DNA from: Phoronis australis
Taxonomy: Eukaryota; Animalia; Phoronida
Direction: 5' to 3'
NCBI GenBank assembly: GCA_002633005.1
Contig: NMRA01000690.1
Span: 68,365-132,364 of the forward strand
DNA: 64,000 nt
Below the pieces are notes generated by a model. It saw only the letters and a program-made list of their open reading frames with translations, did not search any database and was not told the DNA's origin. Shown here piece by piece: positions 58,901 through 64,000 of this stretch (positions are counted from its first letter, which is position 1; each line of letters starts with the position of its first letter). A program made the position numbers and the translations under genes.

Positions 58901-61470
58901 ACAAGCATTTAATTTTGTACTTTAAAGTCTATGACACATCATTCTTAATNGCGTAACAGCTTGGCCCGAAGTCCAATCTGCCTACAATCCAAAATTACAT
59001 GTCTGAAGCTTCTTGTTTCTATCGCGTGTTCTGACAAGATAAAACTGTTTGTTGCATGGTGCTCTACGTGTATCTCTTTAGGTTGTTTCACGGATCATGG
59101 TGAGCGGATATCTAATTTCGCAGTATCAATTCGACCCCTTCCGCAGTCATTATCGCCGGTGTTTGATAAGCAAAGGTTTGCTTTCTAAATTGTGCTTTAT
59201 TGGATGCTCAGTTATCTGCACGTGACTTGGCACGTTTATTGGTTGCCAAGTTACTCTGCGCGTGACTTGGCACGTTTTCTCTCAGTTGCGTGTATAGCGA
59301 GCCCTTCTGTGATTTTTAAGTTACACACAGTTTGTGAACGTAACCCATGAAGACGGTCAAGTCCGAATAAGAAAAATTTTCAATCCAAGCTGCAACGTTT
59401 ACTGCCATCGTAGCTCTTTATATACTTCCCATAGAGCAATGCAAAAGGGGTCAAGCAGGTGGCCCGGGTTCATTGGACCCCTCTGAATCTGGTACATTAC
59501 CAAACACTGAAGGTTCAGTGGAGGCGGCGTATGCTACTCTAAAAACGCACTATTTCCAATGGTTTCAGTTTCCTATGCCACATATATTGCGCATGCTCTA
59601 ACATAAGTTAGTTTCTTCAGCTGCTTATTACATGTTAGATATTACTTTTTCTTCTGTGAAGATGATCTCACAGGTCGTATCACGGCCTTTCTTGTTTGAC
59701 TGATTGTAACAACGATTAACAGACCCCGTATTTGTGAAAACATTCCGCATTTCAGATGCTCCTGCTGTGATGACGTCAAGACTAGTTCATGTTATTTTTT
59801 CGCACTCTATTGTGGATGGATATATAACTCAAACAATTCTGAAGATCACGCCCATAAAATATTTTGCATGATATCAAATTTAAAATCCTGTAGTTAGTGT
59901 GGTAACTCTGATAAGGCGTGTTAGTCAATAACCACGTCCCGACATTCGTCGAAGCTTCACAATTTATCGCAGTATTTGCCCGTGATGCTTCACATCCGGA
60001 GGGCGATTTTCAACCTTGTTTTCATGTCATAAGATTACATTCATGTTTATTGATATCGCACCCAATCTCAGCTCCGTTTTTTGTGTGAGTTTGACTGCAT
60101 TCGTCTTTCTCATGTCGGCGAAAATTTCACGTGCTGTAAGTTCTAATGCATGCACGAAGATGTTTTTACCTCACCGCATAAGAGAGTGCATTTTGACCAA
60201 CCGTTGCCCATTTACTAGCGCGTATTATCTCACTGTTACATGTACGGCGAAAAGGGACTTCCATTCTTTGTGTTTCTTGGGTTTTCCTGTCGTCCTGTAA
60301 TCTCGCTCATACAGCGCTACCTCTGCACTGCGCAGCCAATGACCTGACTCATGAACATAGCACGTGCGTTGGCTAGACGAGGCCATCCGATGAGAAAAAT
60401 TATATATACCTCGATTGAGGCCGCCAGTGAGACAACGCGACGGTCAGGCTGGTTAATCGACCACTTCCCTAGCATTCAAAAGTTCAGTAACAAAGCGAGT
60501 TTTGCTAACAAAACACTTTCTTTGTCAACAGTATTCGATTGTTTGACCGTATGAGTTTTTATTACCGAAGTCAAGCACGAAATAATAAGACCCGCCAGAT
60601 CTCGCCTAATCACCCATTTTTTCGTTTCTTGATTGAATACGCGAAATATTCCTATTGTTGGCATTAATATAACCTGCCGTCAACTCGTTTATAAAAGAGC
60701 ACTTCGTGCGTACTCTTGCAGTGCATATGGTGCTTCCTATTAACAAAACAATGTAAAAACGTTTGTGATTAGGTGGGATCTGAAGAGACCTCTGTTGGCT
60801 GTCGTCGTGAATGACCGATAACCAAGATCGCCTAAGTTAGCGGTAAGCCTCTCTGATTGACCATTGTACGTAAATAATTCGAACTCACAACTAATGTGAC
60901 TACTTTTTGGCACATGTACGTATTCCAAGTAAGTTTTGTTTTGTTAGATGAAATAGTTCAAGATTGGGATAAGGCAAAATTACACTTTTAATTGACTTCC
61001 ATTTAGATTCTGATTGGAGCTCAAAGGCTGTAATTTTGGCATGTTAAGCAATATTGAAATTGCTTTATATTTGAAAGAAGTTTCAGATGTTTGGGTCTCT
61101 GAAAGTACGCGCCATAACCAGTGAAACGGCACTACGTCCAAGGTGGGTTATTTTCTGTGGTCGGAGCGTCAAGGCGGATTCGAACATGCAACCGCCGCGA
61201 TCTCAGTATGACGCTCCGCTGGCGATAAATGGCTATTTTAAGCGTTTTAAAGAATCGTTAAGTCAGGTAACTAGCCTTTACTTCAGATAATGTTTAGCAG
61301 AAAACGGTGAGAATTGGAAAATTGCAATAAAGTCACAAAATATAACGGTATGTATTGTTTTGAAACTGCGTTCAAAGCTGATAACTTCAAGAAGTTTGTC
61401 CCATCAACATTTATCCTAAAAGTGCGTAATGCACATTTACATGAAATCAAGAGATTTGGTGTTCATCTGT

Positions 61471-61476
61471 TTTATT
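61471..61476 (-). terminator. Candidate polyadenylation signal of the DMRT gene
   Basis: AATAAA on the minus strand ~335 nt after the stop. Confidence 0.35.
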
Positions 61477-61808
61477 CACATCAATGGTGTATGACATCTT
61501 CTAATAAGATTTCAAATAGTTTTACTATCAATTTTAATCGCGCTTGTTTAGAAACCTTTTAAGTATTTCCTGGAAAAAGTCCAGAATGGCACGAGGCTAT
61601 TTTCAAAATACTGTCTAATCAAGTACTGACTATGTAGTGACATCTCTACCTAAATATGTATATCAACTGCAAAGATTATTTTTCTCTCTAGACGTGATTT
61701 TTCACCATAAACTGTGGAGAAACAAAACAGTTTTCAATAAATTATTCAGCAAAATTCTAAATTGAGTAAAATATTTACACTGGTAAACTATTTTTCTAGG
61801 TGGTTTAA

Positions 61809-62524
61809 TCAGTCTTCTTTAGGCGAAGATTGTCCATCTGATCCTGCGTCTGACAGTTTGTCACTGTCTGTCGCCGTTGGTTGAAATTTGTTTCCCCACA
61901 AAAACGGGAGGTAGTGTTCGCGTCCTACCGAGGGCGGTAGTGGGTAAGGAAACATCATCGGCAGAACGTCAAGCGGTCGCGGGTGATTCAGCAATGAGTC
62001 TGTCGAAAACCCGGAAGTGCGAGAAGAAAAGGCAGAATGCAGCCCCAATCCCGGATTCGAAGGGAGCGGTGTGAAAGCTGATTTCACTCCCCCTCCTAAC
62101 GGCATCGATGTGGCCTTTGAGAACGGTGTGAACGCAGTCATATATGGTTGGAATCGTGTTGCAACGCCAGGCGCCCCGTTGGCGCTTCGCATCTGTATCT
62201 GCTGCTGGGCGATAATCGTGTCTTGGGCTGACAAAAAATGTTCGATAGCTTTAACGAGATCTCCGTTGCAACCCTGAAGCACGAGTTCTAGAACACTCCG
62301 TTTTTGTAACGGAAATATTCTTTCTAATATTTCTATACTGTTCAGACGACCAGGTCGAAACGCGGTTGGTAGAGCTGATGGATGACTGGTCTTGGAAACG
62401 GGTATAGTCTTTTTAGGAACATCTGTAGTTTCACACAAGTTTTCTCCATTTTTTTGTCCGATTGATGGCACTGTGTCGAGTCTCTCCGTGCGATTTTCGT
62501 CGTCCGAATGCAAAGACACGTCAT
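61809..62524 (-). CDS. dmrt93B: Doublesex- and mab-3-related transcription factor (DMA domain; Dmrt93B/DMRTA-like), last coding exon. The DM-domain exon lies beyond the window.
   Basis: IEILERIFPLQKRSVLELVLQGCNGDLVKAIEHFL is a DMA domain, followed by KSAFTP and SAFS motifs. Acceptor ttttacag at 62525-62532 (minus), phase 1. DMRT family membership is secure; the 93B subfamily call is from recall and needs a phylogeny. Confidence 0.88.
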
Positions 62525-64000
62525 CTGTAAAATAAACATAATTTTAAATCACACTTAAAAGTGCTGAAATCCACAATATGCGCCGAAGACAATTATTTCG
62601 ATCCTGATAAACAGATTCATTCTGTGAAAGCTTGGATTTTTTATAATTTAGACTTGTCAAATTTACAAAAACTTTATACTTGCGAATCCTGGAATCCCTC
62701 GTTGTTAACTAAAGGTTTTAATTATATATTACATATTTTACGTCTTCTTCTTTAATTTTGGTTTACTCGGTCATTCCAACCAGCATTTCGAAAACATAAA
62801 TTGGACGCTAACTATGACGGAATTGCATGATGTTTTAACAAAATGTAAATTAAGATACATGTCACTACTAGACATTTCAGACCTCACGTAAGACGAGGCA
62901 TATTTTTTGGTGAGCCCAAGACAGTAACCAGTTTGTTTCAATTTCAAAAACAAACACCGATCGGACAGCTTGGTTTAACCAAGCCGATCGCGGTAATCCG
63001 GATTTTTACCGCCGGACAGTCAACCAGAGATGTTTGTTGGGTGTCAGTCTTGACAGATTTTAAGAGCAAACTGCGTAAACCCATCTCGCCGAAACACACG
63101 CGCCGCGAGACGCCGCTGTTTCGATGACTGGTGTGTTTTGTTTGAAAACAGGAGCGAGAAAAATTTAGCGGACTCCGCGGGTCGCTAAGATTTGTGTTTC
63201 AATCGGTGTTGTTTTTAAACTCAAGTCGAGAATTTGTCTTGCTGGAATGTAAACGCTTACGAAGACTTTGTTTAAGCACGTGTTCATTGACTCCAAATTG
63301 TTCAGATTTTTGTATAAATTGTACCAATTAGATATATTATTTCACGTGAAGCACACATAAGTGTCACCAACCGCAGGAAGGTAGACTTTAGTTAATTACA
63401 ACAAATTATTTGAAGACAAAATCATGTTAACTATATCATATTATATCGCTTAACGTAAGTGTCGCAATTTATCAAATGTTTGTTTAGATTTCCACTACAT
63501 AAAACAATTTGGAAATGATGAAAGGTGAGCAAACATGCTAGTGTTCAGATGCATATTTAAGTCCATTAAAGTCATTCAAGGTTGAAGGATCGGAAGGTAT
63601 TTTGTTTTAGGAACTGAGGAGGAAGACCTACAAATACATAACGCCAGAAATGTGGGTTGTTTTTCTAATTCGCATTCACGCTAATATTCTTGAACATAAT
63701 AGACTATAAAGTAGGAGATTTAAATATCCAAGAAATTATCCGGAATATTAAAGTAGTGGAATTATTTCGTCTTTTCCTCAGCAATGTCAAGTATAAAAAA
63801 CGTCAATATGTTTTAACCTGCGAAATACTAGTGGCGATTAATCACAGTACAGTTCACATGTATTTACACAACTTGTAACTTGTTTTAAAGTTTTCAACAT
63901 TGTTTGCGGAGAGTCATTCAGAAAACGGAAAATCCCCTCAGAAGTTCATTGCTTTTTTGCAAAATGTTCGTAAATTGGCATCGACGTTTTGGAATTTGAA

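Overview
Eukaryotic, AT-rich and intron-rich genomic DNA from an invertebrate animal (a lophotrochozoan or mollusc is my inference, not shown). It has two N-gaps (15271-15778, 36559-37097). Three genes were reconstructed by hand from GT-AG exons with consistent phases. (1) PUM3/Puf-A, + strand, 17 coding exons 5942-29155, ~715 aa. (2) A secreted or membrane-anchored alpha-carbonic anhydrase, + strand, 31741-40175, with intact Zn ligands, two candidate signal-peptide first exons and an unusual NNGYH proton-shuttle loop. (3) The last coding exon of a DMA-domain DMRT gene (Dmrt93B/DMRTA-like), - strand, 61809-62524. Introns and intergenic DNA hold many non-autonomous DNA transposons (piggyBac-, Harbinger- and hAT-like MITEs, two Helentron-like HINEs, an ISL2EU/Harbinger transposase fossil). 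A ~1.95 kb duplication across the first gap is probably two alleles. The most notable observations are a HINE carrying co-oriented arrays of CTCF-consensus motifs and a PUM3-CA-DMRT linkage that mirrors human chromosome 9p. No prokaryotic-type system (CRISPR, operon) is present.
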